Under the pieces are notes generated by a model. That model was not told where the DNA came from. It made no database searches and saw nothing but the letters and a program-made list of their open reading frames with translations. Both the position numbers and the translations under genes were made by a program. Below are positions 10,678-19,864 of a DNA stretch of 64,000 bases, one piece after another; the first letter of the stretch is position 1, and every line of letters starts with the position of its first letter. The stretch lies in the sequence record DRR723986_647. One strand, written 5' to 3'.

Positions 10678-11904
10678 TTAAACATTCGCCGTTTGTGACC
10701 CGTTTGCAACACTTTGGATTAGCTTCCAATAGCGCGGTAGTAAGTCTTTAGTATCGTATGCGCTTAAAATAGTACGTCGTGCCTCATCGCGCAGCGGTTG
10801 ATAATCAGCCTTATTGTCCAGAATGTGGCAAAGTTTGGCAACTTGCGCATCTACGTCAAAGAAATCTACCAACAGGCCGTTGTGGCCATCAGTTATCATC
10901 TCCTTAACAGGGTCTGTATCTGAGCCAACAATCAACGCGCCCGCGCTCATGGCCTCCATCAAAGACCAGGACAATACAAAGGGCACGGTTAGATACACAT
11001 GAGCCGATGTTATGCGCATCATGTCTCGGAAGGTCTCCAGTGGCTGCAAACCCGGCATATGCAAACGGCTCATGTCCAAGTCAAATTCCTCGAGCGCCCA
11101 TTCTTTATAGGTTTTGCCGTCGGGCCGCGTTGCACCGTAGGCTACCCTGTCATTACCAAGTACAACCACATTCATATTCGGGCGTAGCTTTTGTAATTTG
11201 GCAACCAGTTCCATAAACTGCGGAAACCCACGATATGGCTCCATACCACGCGCTACATAGGTAATAACTTCGTCATCGGCCGTGAGTGTAACGTCCCCTA
11301 TGGTTACGGACGCGTTATGATTCGGAGAGAAAAACCTTGTGTCGACACCATCATGAAGCACGCTGATACGAGTTTGGAAGGCAACTGGCAATTTACTGTG
11401 TTGGAATTTGGTAGGGCTTTGGCCCCAATCCATTGCAGCCAAATCTTGAAGGATCGGTGTGTTCTTCATCCGAATCCGTATTTGTCCATTAGCATCGTAA
11501 GTATTTTCAGCTAAAAAATCGCCATCCGAATTTTTACTGTAATAATACCATTCAAAGTAAGTCAGAAGTTTGCTGTCTGGGAACAAATCTTTCAAAAACA
11601 TATTCGCGCCCCATCCAGAGTGGGCCATTATGATATCTGGACGAAAGCCATTTTTTTGAGACGGCAAAAGCGCTTTATAGGCTGCTTGCCCCATTAAAGT
11701 GGCGCGTTCGGTCGCAATTAACGCTGGATGAGTAGTTTCATGCGGCTCTCGGTGTGGCTTATAATTGACACGCTTTTGTGGAAACTGTTGTTTGTTGGTT
11801 TCCAGAGTGGCTGCAAACATCTTCACTTTCTTCTTGGGCTTAAGAAATTTAGTGATCCGTCGATATTGTCCCGGAAAATTATTATGCATAAAAAGTATTT
11901 GCAT
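10678..11904 (-). CDS. GT4 glycosyltransferase (ExpC/WgcA-like)
   Basis: ILFMHNNFPGQY, AHSGWG, YVARGMEPYRGF and YLTVPFVLSWSLMEAMS motifs. Confidence 0.9.
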   Translation of the reverse strand: MQILFMHNNFPGQYRRITKFLKPKKKVKMFAATLETNKQQFPQKRVNYKPHREPHETTHPALIATERATLMGQAAYKALLPSQKNGFRPDIIMAHSGWGANMFLKDLFPDSKLLTYFEWYYYSKNSDGDFLAENTYDANGQIRIRMKNTPILQDLAAMDWGQSPTKFQHSKLPVAFQTRISVLHDGVDTRFFSPNHNASVTIGDVTLTADDEVITYVARGMEPYRGFPQFMELVAKLQKLRPNMNVVVLGNDRVAYGATRPDGKTYKEWALEEFDLDMSRLHMPGLQPLETFRDMMRITSAHVYLTVPFVLSWSLMEAMSAGALIVGSDTDPVKEMITDGHNGLLVDFFDVDAQVAKLCHILDNKADYQPLRDEARRTILSAYDTKDLLPRYWKLIQSVANGSQTANV

Positions 11905-12037
11905 CGAGTTACCCAGCCTACGATTCGATTAATGGCCCTACGTTCCTGCAGCAGAACACATGCAGCACCTAATCAATATTCGTCGATTTTGCAACGGTCT
12001 TGATATAGAAACCAGATAAACTCAACTAGAACTATTG

Positions 12038-12092
12038 TGGCAAGCATTATGCCCAGCAAAACGGTTGACAGCCACATGCCAATGACTAGGGT
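12038..12092 (+). promoter_or_regulatory. Candidate promoter elements for the galE operon
   Basis: TGGCAAGCATTATGC (GG-N10-GC, sigma54-like) at 12038-12052, and TTGACA at 12065 with TAGGGT 16 bp later. Confidence 0.3.
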
Positions 12093-12164
12093 CACAGAAA
12101 TTCGCGGTTCGTGTCACTTCGTGGCATGTGCCGTTACTTTAATACGGCTGCATTTGAGAAGTTC

Positions 12165-13157
12165 ATGGCAAATATTCTGGTAGCGGGAGGCGCTGGTTTT
12201 ATCGGCTCGCACACTCTTTTAGCGCTCGCAAAAGCGGGGCACTCTCTTGTTACATTGGACAACTTAAGCAACGGTCATGCGGACAGTGTTCTGCACGGTG
12301 AGTTCATTGAGGGCGATATTCACGACGCAGCACTTCTTGATGAAATATTTTCCAACAACAATATTGACGCTGTTATTCATTTTGCTGCCTTCATTGAAGC
12401 TGGCGAGAGCGTCATAAGTCCGATGGCCTTCTACAAAAATAATGTTGCGGGCAGTTTGAGCCTAATCCAAACAATGGTCCGCAACAAAGTGCGGAAAATC
12501 GTATTTTCGTCAACCGCTGCTGTTTACGGACAACAAAATGGTGTTGACCTGCTGTCGGAAACGCTACCCAAGCAGCCAATCAACCCATACGGCCACAGCA
12601 AATGGGCAGTTGAATGTATGCTGCGCGACGTCGCCGCAACCGGAAAGCTTGAGGCGATCGCCCTGCGGTATTTTAATGCCACAGGCAGTGACCCTGAAGG
12701 CAGGGTGGGCGAACGGCATGACCCGGAAACCCATCTAATTCCTCTTGTTCTTGATGCTGCGCGCGGTAAGCGGCCAGACATTAAAATATTTGGCACAGAC
12801 TATGCCACCCCGGACGGCACATGCATTCGTGATTATATCCATGTTAGCGATTTAGCCACTGCACATGTTATGGCGGCCGAATCACTTTTGACGTGCGGCG
12901 AAAACAAAACAGGGTTTTATAATGCGATGAATCTGGGCACAAGCAATGGCCACTCTGTGCGTGAAGTGATAGAAATGGCAAAAGCGGTTACCGGCATTGA
13001 CTTCAACGTGGTTGAACAATCCCGCCGACCCGGCGATCCAGCAAAGCTAGTGGCCGATGCAACACGAGCCAAAAGTGTTTTAGGTTGGCGGCCAAAGCGA
13101 TCAGACCTTAAAACAATGATTGAAGATACTTGGCGATTTCGCCGAAACCTGAATTAA
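12165..13157 (+). CDS. galE: UDP-glucose 4-epimerase
   Basis: GGAGFIGSH, HFAA, FSSTAAVYG, YGHSK (YxxxK), LRYFN, PETHLIP, DGTCIRDYIHV. Confidence 0.95.
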   Translation: MANILVAGGAGFIGSHTLLALAKAGHSLVTLDNLSNGHADSVLHGEFIEGDIHDAALLDEIFSNNNIDAVIHFAAFIEAGESVISPMAFYKNNVAGSLSLIQTMVRNKVRKIVFSSTAAVYGQQNGVDLLSETLPKQPINPYGHSKWAVECMLRDVAATGKLEAIALRYFNATGSDPEGRVGERHDPETHLIPLVLDAARGKRPDIKIFGTDYATPDGTCIRDYIHVSDLATAHVMAAESLLTCGENKTGFYNAMNLGTSNGHSVREVIEMAKAVTGIDFNVVEQSRRPGDPAKLVADATRAKSVLGWRPKRSDLKTMIEDTWRFRRNLN

Positions 13158-13208
13158 TACAGTCTAACTACACGGTCTTGAAGTCTTGATCGTGCGCAGA
13201 GAAAAATT

Positions 13209-14042
13209 ATGAACTCTACAGCTCGAACCGCACAACAAAAGATATTCATCGGCGGCTATACCAAAAGCGGCACCACATTCGTTGGACGCGCATTCGGTTT
13301 GTTTAACGGGGTTTACGCCAAAGGCGAGCAAGACTATTTTCGACTGTTCACCGAAGGTATGCGGAAGATGGTGGTCAAGTATAACGAAAACATAAACCTC
13401 GTGAACAAAGAGGTTTATGATGGTCAAGGTACTCTCGAGCCACTTTCGGCTGACAGCTTTCGTGAGATACACGACAAGATTTTCAAGCATATCTTTTTTT
13501 CCGGACAACCCGTACCGAACGACTGTACAACTATTGTAGAAAAGTCGCCGCGCAATATTTATTTTGTTGAGGATATTGAGGCCATTTTCCCAGAAGCAAT
13601 AAATGTTTGTGTTTATAGGGAACCGCTAGCAGTTTTTCGGTCCTTGATGCGCCATATGGCTGATCACCGCGATGCAAATTACGCAAAAGCAGATTTCGCA
13701 CCGCGTATAGACATGCTGAAAGAATTCTTTAGGTACTGGGACCGCTACATCAAAACCATTGAGAAAAAGCGACAAATTCTAAAAGTTATCCAATATGACA
13801 AAGCAAGCGGTAATCACAAAGATCTCGTAGATTACATTGAGAAAGAAATCCTACGCCATTCGCCCGGCCTGAAAGCACCAATTGAAACGCTTAGCAAAGA
13901 GCATTACCTTCAATCTTTGCCGGAAGAAGCACGCGCAAAAAGTTTGGTACAAACAGGCCCTTACAAGATCAAACTGGCTAAAGGCGAAATCAAGAAGATC
14001 AAGAAACTATGTCGTGCACCCCAAATAACCTTTGACTTTTAA
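13209..14042 (+). CDS. PAPS-dependent sulfotransferase
   Basis: 5'-PSB loop GYTKSGTT, VEKSPRN, 3'-PB YREPLAVFRS. Confidence 0.8.
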   Translation: MNSTARTAQQKIFIGGYTKSGTTFVGRAFGLFNGVYAKGEQDYFRLFTEGMRKMVVKYNENINLVNKEVYDGQGTLEPLSADSFREIHDKIFKHIFFSGQPVPNDCTTIVEKSPRNIYFVEDIEAIFPEAINVCVYREPLAVFRSLMRHMADHRDANYAKADFAPRIDMLKEFFRYWDRYIKTIEKKRQILKVIQYDKASGNHKDLVDYIEKEILRHSPGLKAPIETLSKEHYLQSLPEEARAKSLVQTGPYKIKLAKGEIKKIKKLCRAPQITFDF

Positions 14043-14063
14043 CCAGGGCGCGGCAACCACCTC

Positions 14064-15242
14064 ATGCACATTCTTGTCACCAGCCCCATTCCATCGCATC
14101 CGCAAAACCACGGCAACCGGGCTCGCATAACTGCACTGTGCAAAGCACTGCAAGTCAAAGGCGCTGATATTCATTATGTGTATGGCGGCCTTGAACAGCT
14201 GCCGACTGCGCAAGAACTAGCTATGCGAGAAACCTGGGACCATGTTCACATCCTTCCGCCATACAGAATAGAAGACCGCAAACAGTCCCACCGTAACCAT
14301 CACTTGCTTGATGATTGGTATGTGGACGCTGTAACCAACCTGACAAACAAAATACTTGATACCTGGACCATTGACTATTGCATTGCCAATTATGTTTGGT
14401 TTTCAAAGTGGCTTGAGGCAGTGCCAGCTGACATTCCTAAATACATTGATACCCATGATTTATTTGGCGGTCGTCACCAGCGCTTGCGTGCAGACGGCCT
14501 GCCAGAAAACTGGTTCTCCACCTCGAAAAAAGAAGAAGCAAAGGGGTTTGCCCGCGCTGACACCGTTATTGCCATTCAGTCGCAAGAAGCAGCAACAATG
14601 CGCGCCATGACCAAAACGCCTGTAGTAACATTAGGACATTTTATCACGCCCGATTTTCTACCGCCTTCAAAAGCAAAAAAAACTTCTGATTCAGGCAGCA
14701 AAATAACTGTTGGTTATATGGCGAGCGATAATCCGATCAATCAGCAAAGCCTTGTTCAAATGAACGCCGCCCTGCAAAACCGGCCAGACATTTTGAATAG
14801 GTTTACCTTCAAGCTTGCGGGGGGCATTTGTGCCTCGGATGCGGCCGCTGAAACGCCGTTCGAAAAACTTGGCTTTGTGCCAAATGCCCGCGCCTTCCAT
14901 GCGGAGTGCGATCTGATCATCAACCCCAATATTGGTGGCACCGGTTTAAAGATAAAATCCATTGAAGCGGCGGCCTACGGCAAGGCGCTTGTAGCAACAT
15001 CAGATGCCATGGCCGGCATAAAAACTGCGTCGCCCGCACATAGTCTGGCAGATGCCAACGCCATTGTGGACTATTTAGCCGCAATGAACCCGGAAACCGA
15101 CATTGCCCAAGGCGAAAAAGCCTCCCGCTTACTGCTGGAAGACTATATGGCGGAACAAACAGCCGCCATGCGGTTATTGTTTCCCAAATTATTTGGCGCT
15201 GATTCGCCGGGTGCTACCAAAACAAGCACAGCACACTCATGA
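14064..15242 (+). CDS. GT4-like glycosyltransferase
   Basis: HGNRARI, IDTHD, INPNIGGTGLKIKSIEAAAYGK. Confidence 0.85.
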   Translation: MHILVTSPIPSHPQNHGNRARITALCKALQVKGADIHYVYGGLEQLPTAQELAMRETWDHVHILPPYRIEDRKQSHRNHHLLDDWYVDAVTNLTNKILDTWTIDYCIANYVWFSKWLEAVPADIPKYIDTHDLFGGRHQRLRADGLPENWFSTSKKEEAKGFARADTVIAIQSQEAATMRAMTKTPVVTLGHFITPDFLPPSKAKKTSDSGSKITVGYMASDNPINQQSLVQMNAALQNRPDILNRFTFKLAGGICASDAAAETPFEKLGFVPNARAFHAECDLIINPNIGGTGLKIKSIEAAAYGKALVATSDAMAGIKTASPAHSLADANAIVDYLAAMNPETDIAQGEKASRLLLEDYMAEQTAAMRLLFPKLFGADSPGATKTSTAHS

Positions 15243-17161
15243 GCGAGGGCAAGAAAAAAAATAAACAGCTTCTGCTGATCGGCTCTCTGCCGCCAACCCG
15301 GTCTCATGCCGCTTTGTTAACCCAGGCACTGGCAGTCGCTGCATCAGAAAACGGTATAGAGGTTATTTGCCTGATCGACGCACTCGCACCGCCCCCCTAT
15401 GAAGGCTTGCCCTTCCGTGTTGTTCGACCTTTTGACCCCTTTATCCAATCAGGCGCTGCTGACAATTGGCCCCGACTATTTGTGGCAGGCTCAGAGGGCG
15501 ATAGCTTACCAGTTATTGAGGCTCTGCACGCTGCACCGGGTGCGGTCATTTCGGCAACGCATTCGCTGTTTAATTTAGCCCTTCCCTGGCTGCAAACATC
15601 GCCTGATTTTCCGGTAGATTCTCCGATAAATTTCCCGGAAAATTTCAACGAATGGCTAGCGGCCAAATACGGCGATGCAGGGTCGGTGATTGCAGAAGGT
15701 TTCATAAAGCATCGCAGACTTGCTAAAGAAATGACGGGCCTGATACCTGCATTGGATTTACTACTGGCACCGGCAACATGCCATTTGTCGCTTGGGCAAT
15801 ACCAATCTGGGGCGCTGGAAGATGCAGGGTTTACGCCCACTCTCCTTGATATGCCGCCTGCAAAAAGAAGCAACAGCCAGCCCTCAAAATCGCATGGCCA
15901 TATCGTTGTGGTAGGCGCCAGCCCAGCAACAGAAAATGCTGTGGTTGACGCGCAAACATCCGGCGTCTTTCCAAACGCCCTGACAGTCACCTTTTATGAC
16001 CGATATAGCGAAGCCCTCTCCCAAGAAATTTCGACCGCAAAAGCAGTGGTTATTTTGGATGGCCATCAGGCTACTTTCTGCCCACATTTCGGGCAAGCAG
16101 CCACACAAATAAGCCCTGTCATCACAGCCGAACAGAGGTGGGCGCAGGCTTTACCCGAAGGCGCGCATTACAGTCTCGAACACCCTGCCTCACCCAGCAG
16201 CGTAGTGCATGCAATTGCAGCGCTGGGCCAGGTCGAAGGCATGGCGGATGGCGTTAAGGCAAACATGGAAAAATGGAACACCAAAAAGCAACAAACGGCT
16301 GATTGGGCGGCGGATATTTTGGCGGCGGCCACCACCGCACCACCAGCAAAATTATCCGCCCTTGGCCCGCCAGCAACAGGCACTAAAATTGATACAAAGA
16401 AACCAGTTGATAAACAGGCAACAAACATAACGCCGGCACATAGCATACTGGCTCTTGTCGGCGCGGTCCCGACTGGTCCGCTTTTGCAGCACCAATACCC
16501 AACACTCAACACAGAAAAATGCCCTCGGTTTATGACCCCAACCACAGCACATGCAGTGGCCGCCTTTATGGGTTTACCTGCCGCGCAGATGCTAGACAAT
16601 ATGGGCTTCGAAGCGCCGTTGATTGCAGACACATCATCCAGCGAATTACCCCCGGCTTTAGCCAATAAAACGCGGGCATGGAAAACCATTCAACCGGGAC
16701 TACGCCATGCCAAAACTGCGCTGACTTTTGGGTGCGATGTTGATGGTTCAATACGGAGTGCCGAGATAGGCAAAAACAGTGACACTGTAAGCTGGCAGTT
16801 CATCATACCGCCGGAAATTTTTGATACACTGGGAACGCCAAAAGAAATACGCGCTGCCTATGATGTAGAAGCTGGCATATACTGGGTCTATGACCCGGTT
16901 CGCAGCTCTCTTAAATGCGCATTGCTTACAGGCGGCTCCGGCGTTTTGAAATTTAAAGGCCCTGCAGCTCATTCTTTTGTCGTGACAGACTTGGCATCGA
17001 CAAAAACAACAACGCGTGCGGCAAGCTGCGCGTTCAATATCAGTAATCACGGACTAGCGCTTTTCAAAGTCGCAGCGTTGCCAACTGCTGATAATAATAG
17101 CCCTAGCCTGATGAAAATACTTGCTCAGGACGGCCTGCATCTGGAATGGTCATTGCTGTGA
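15239..17161 (+). CDS. Hypothetical protein, degenerate GT4-like N-terminus
   Basis: 640 aa with ATGA coupling. The N-terminal GSLPPTRSHAA resembles the PLPP.RSGIA motif of a GT4 subfamily. Confidence 0.6.
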   Translation: MSEGKKKNKQLLLIGSLPPTRSHAALLTQALAVAASENGIEVICLIDALAPPPYEGLPFRVVRPFDPFIQSGAADNWPRLFVAGSEGDSLPVIEALHAAPGAVISATHSLFNLALPWLQTSPDFPVDSPINFPENFNEWLAAKYGDAGSVIAEGFIKHRRLAKEMTGLIPALDLLLAPATCHLSLGQYQSGALEDAGFTPTLLDMPPAKRSNSQPSKSHGHIVVVGASPATENAVVDAQTSGVFPNALTVTFYDRYSEALSQEISTAKAVVILDGHQATFCPHFGQAATQISPVITAEQRWAQALPEGAHYSLEHPASPSSVVHAIAALGQVEGMADGVKANMEKWNTKKQQTADWAADILAAATTAPPAKLSALGPPATGTKIDTKKPVDKQATNITPAHSILALVGAVPTGPLLQHQYPTLNTEKCPRFMTPTTAHAVAAFMGLPAAQMLDNMGFEAPLIADTSSSELPPALANKTRAWKTIQPGLRHAKTALTFGCDVDGSIRSAEIGKNSDTVSWQFIIPPEIFDTLGTPKEIRAAYDVEAGIYWVYDPVRSSLKCALLTGGSGVLKFKGPAAHSFVVTDLASTKTTTRAASCAFNISNHGLALFKVAALPTADNNSPSLMKILAQDGLHLEWSLL

Positions 17162-17757
17162 GCAAAAAAACCGACATAAAATCAGGCGCGCCTGCCAGCC
17201 AGACACAAAAATCACGCTTCCCAAAAGCGGCGGTAGATTACGTTGATGCGTTGCTGGAGATACAACAACTTCGGTTTGACCGCGAGCAAGCGCTAATTGA
17301 GGCTAGACCTTCCGCACAATCAACAAGTCTCCGCGCCCATATTGCACACGCCAAATCAGCGCATTTTCTGGCCGAAGGAGATAATTTCACAGGCACCGGC
17401 TGGAGCGAGCTTGGCCACCGGCGCGACGGCACAAAATATCGCTGGATGGCACGCTTGGGCACCTTGCTTTTGCCGCTGGATCTAACTGCCGGCGGTACCA
17501 TAACCATCAATGGGTGCGGCTATACAAAAAAGAAGTTTCTCAGCGACCTAACCATTTGGGTAGACGACCAGCCAGTAGAAGGCAGCGTGGCCCGCAAAGG
17601 CTTCAACCGCTGGATTTTCACAGGGACAATACCGCCGGTGCAATGGCGGCCTTATATCATATTAAAAATACAATCCTCAGGGCTTGCGAGGCTGGCGGTT
17701 GGTGTGGATAAATTTACCAGTGTGGCAGTGAGCGATATTCAGATTGATGCAAACTAA
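17158..17757 (+). CDS. Hypothetical protein, possible beta-sandwich carbohydrate-binding domain
   Basis: GTGA overlap with the upstream stop. GTGWS...DGTKYRWM motif of a kind seen in glycan loci. Confidence 0.6.
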   Translation: MSKKTDIKSGAPASQTQKSRFPKAAVDYVDALLEIQQLRFDREQALIEARPSAQSTSLRAHIAHAKSAHFLAEGDNFTGTGWSELGHRRDGTKYRWMARLGTLLLPLDLTAGGTITINGCGYTKKKFLSDLTIWVDDQPVEGSVARKGFNRWIFTGTIPPVQWRPYIILKIQSSGLARLAVGVDKFTSVAVSDIQIDAN

Positions 17758-17763
17758 GGCGCG

Positions 17764-18861
17764 TTAGCTGGACCGAATTTGCTCAGTTTTGGTTTGGTAA
17801 GAACCCAACTTGTTTTTAGACAGGCCCAAAAATTTCACCATATTCTGTTTATACTGCGCCCGGAAACTGTCCTTCCAAGGCGCCTTCAATTGAACCGTCT
17901 CAGGATCAATAACGGAGACATGACGTAATGATTTTTGCTGGAAAAAAGACGACAGCATCTTCATCACTTCAACCGGGCTTTCGGACAGTTCTTCAAAAGT
18001 TATTGTACGAAAGCCGCGCAACTCAACAAACAGGGTTTCATAGCGCGCTTCAGCAGCAATCAATTTTAATGCTGCCGGTAATAAGGCCTGTGCATCGGGT
18101 TCTGGTAAATTAATTTCTACCCGTCCCTGCGTCTGTTCCTGCATATGCCCTTGCGCCTGCATCAAGGCAATTTGGTCTGCGCGGTTGCGCCGCGTCATGA
18201 AAATTACCCGGGCGTCCACCGCCGCCGTGAAGGACATGAATTTCCTGAAGGGCAATTGTCCGTTACTGCGTACATGATCAATCAGATCAAGGCCCAGTTG
18301 AGCAACAACATGGCCCTGTTTCCCGTGCAGTTTACCGGCCAAAGCGCGCACCAGATCAAAGTCGTGCTTGCAGGTTGCCCATGCAATTTCCGCGGGTGTA
18401 AGGCTAAGGCTATCAGCAGCCATTTTATTGGCCTTTATGAGGCTTTCCAAATAGTCCGCGCCACTACAAGGCGAGGAGATCACTGCTGTTAACTCCATCC
18501 CCTGTGCCGTTATAGCGGCTAAGTCCACCGCGCTGCCGTTCGGGCCATATGACACCGAGACAACCGTCACCTTAGGGTGCTGTTTTTGCAGCGCGCGCAC
18601 AGAGGCCAATTCGCCGGAAAGCCGCATAACAAAAACACGACCTGCGGCATTTAGAGCTTTAGGCTCGAAGTCGGCTGGCACCACAAGTTGAGTTTTTCGT
18701 TTACCCTTAAGACCTGCAAGAATGTCCATAAGCGCTGGGTCCGCAACCAATGTGTCAGCATCGCCGATATCAAGTGCCAAGAAGGGCCATTGTTCAGCTG
18801 ACGCCGCCAAGCCAAGCTCGGCAATGCGGGTTTTATCATGCTGCTGTGCGTCGTGCGCCAT
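17764..18861 (-). CDS. Stf0-like sulfotransferase-fold protein (degenerate)
   Basis: ISSPCSGADYL at the PSB position, VIFMTRRNRADQIA, ITFEELSESP. Paralogous to 38205-39425. Confidence 0.55.
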   Translation of the reverse strand: MAHDAQQHDKTRIAELGLAASAEQWPFLALDIGDADTLVADPALMDILAGLKGKRKTQLVVPADFEPKALNAAGRVFVMRLSGELASVRALQKQHPKVTVVSVSYGPNGSAVDLAAITAQGMELTAVISSPCSGADYLESLIKANKMAADSLSLTPAEIAWATCKHDFDLVRALAGKLHGKQGHVVAQLGLDLIDHVRSNGQLPFRKFMSFTAAVDARVIFMTRRNRADQIALMQAQGHMQEQTQGRVEINLPEPDAQALLPAALKLIAAEARYETLFVELRGFRTITFEELSESPVEVMKMLSSFFQQKSLRHVSVIDPETVQLKAPWKDSFRAQYKQNMVKFLGLSKNKLGSYQTKTEQIRSS

Positions 18862-18862
18862 T

Positions 18863-19852
18863 TCAAAGAATTTCCTGCACTTGAGACACATCCTGATCAT
18901 CGCAGTTTTGTCGAATACCCTCTGCGGCAACTATAGCCCTGCTCTGCTGGGGAAAGTCAATTTTCAGGGTGTTTTCATTGCCCGGATACGCATTGTGCCA
19001 TGCATGAAATGCCTTATGATAATCAGCCCTGTCGCCAGAGAGTTCGCGCCGGAAACTGTTGCCGTCCGCCTGCCAGCTAAAGCCAGAACCCTCACCGCGC
19101 GTTAGAGACCCATCGCGCAACAATCCGGTGTATAGGTGGTGCCTTAAATGGCGCACATTATGTTTACCAAATACATGCTCAAGGCGGGTAATAAACTCAG
19201 TATCAGCAGAGATACGGACACTGTCGTAATACCCGGTTTTCTCAAGCACCATTCGGCGGCGAAACATTAGGCTGATTGCTGCCATACGCTCGCTTTTACC
19301 GTCAATCTCAAGTTCTTCGCCCTGCGTGTTCACCCGCCGCCAGCGCACCGTACAAGCTGCAGCTTTGGGTCGCTCCATCAGCGCCCCCAGTTGCATTTGC
19401 AAGCGCCTAGGGGCTGATGTGTCATCACTGTCATGGGTGGCAATAAAGTCACCTGTGGCATTTTGAATGGCCCAGTTCTTTGACCAATATGTGCCGTGAT
19501 TGCTGGGTGAGTGGAACAGCCGAATGCGTTCGTCGGTTTTCTTTAGCGCCTTCAAGCGCTCTAGCGTGTCATCGGTAGAGGCATCGTCAATTACCATAAG
19601 CTCAATATTCTTATGGCTTTGGTTCAACACCGACTGAACGGCGTCTTCCACCAATGCACCAGTATTATAGGCCGTCATAACAACTGAGATTTTTATATCT
19701 TTGTGCTTTTCACCCAGCTCCTTGAACCGTCGCGTTTGACGAATGAACATACGTTCACCCGCTTTCCATAATGGTTTCTTGTCAGAATCCAGAAAGAAAG
19801 CGAGCGGGTCGCGGTAAAGTTTTCTAGCTTTTCTGTACATTGGTTTGCCCAC
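18863..19852 (-). CDS. GT2 glycosyltransferase (KfiC-like)
   Basis: ISVVMTAYN, IDDASTD, NHGTYWSKN, HDSDD, RISADTEF. Confidence 0.9.
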   Translation of the reverse strand: MGKPMYRKARKLYRDPLAFFLDSDKKPLWKAGERMFIRQTRRFKELGEKHKDIKISVVMTAYNTGALVEDAVQSVLNQSHKNIELMVIDDASTDDTLERLKALKKTDERIRLFHSPSNHGTYWSKNWAIQNATGDFIATHDSDDTSAPRRLQMQLGALMERPKAAACTVRWRRVNTQGEELEIDGKSERMAAISLMFRRRMVLEKTGYYDSVRISADTEFITRLEHVFGKHNVRHLRHHLYTGLLRDGSLTRGEGSGFSWQADGNSFRRELSGDRADYHKAFHAWHNAYPGNENTLKIDFPQQSRAIVAAEGIRQNCDDQDVSQVQEIL

Positions 19853-19864
19853 GTCCCGTTACCT

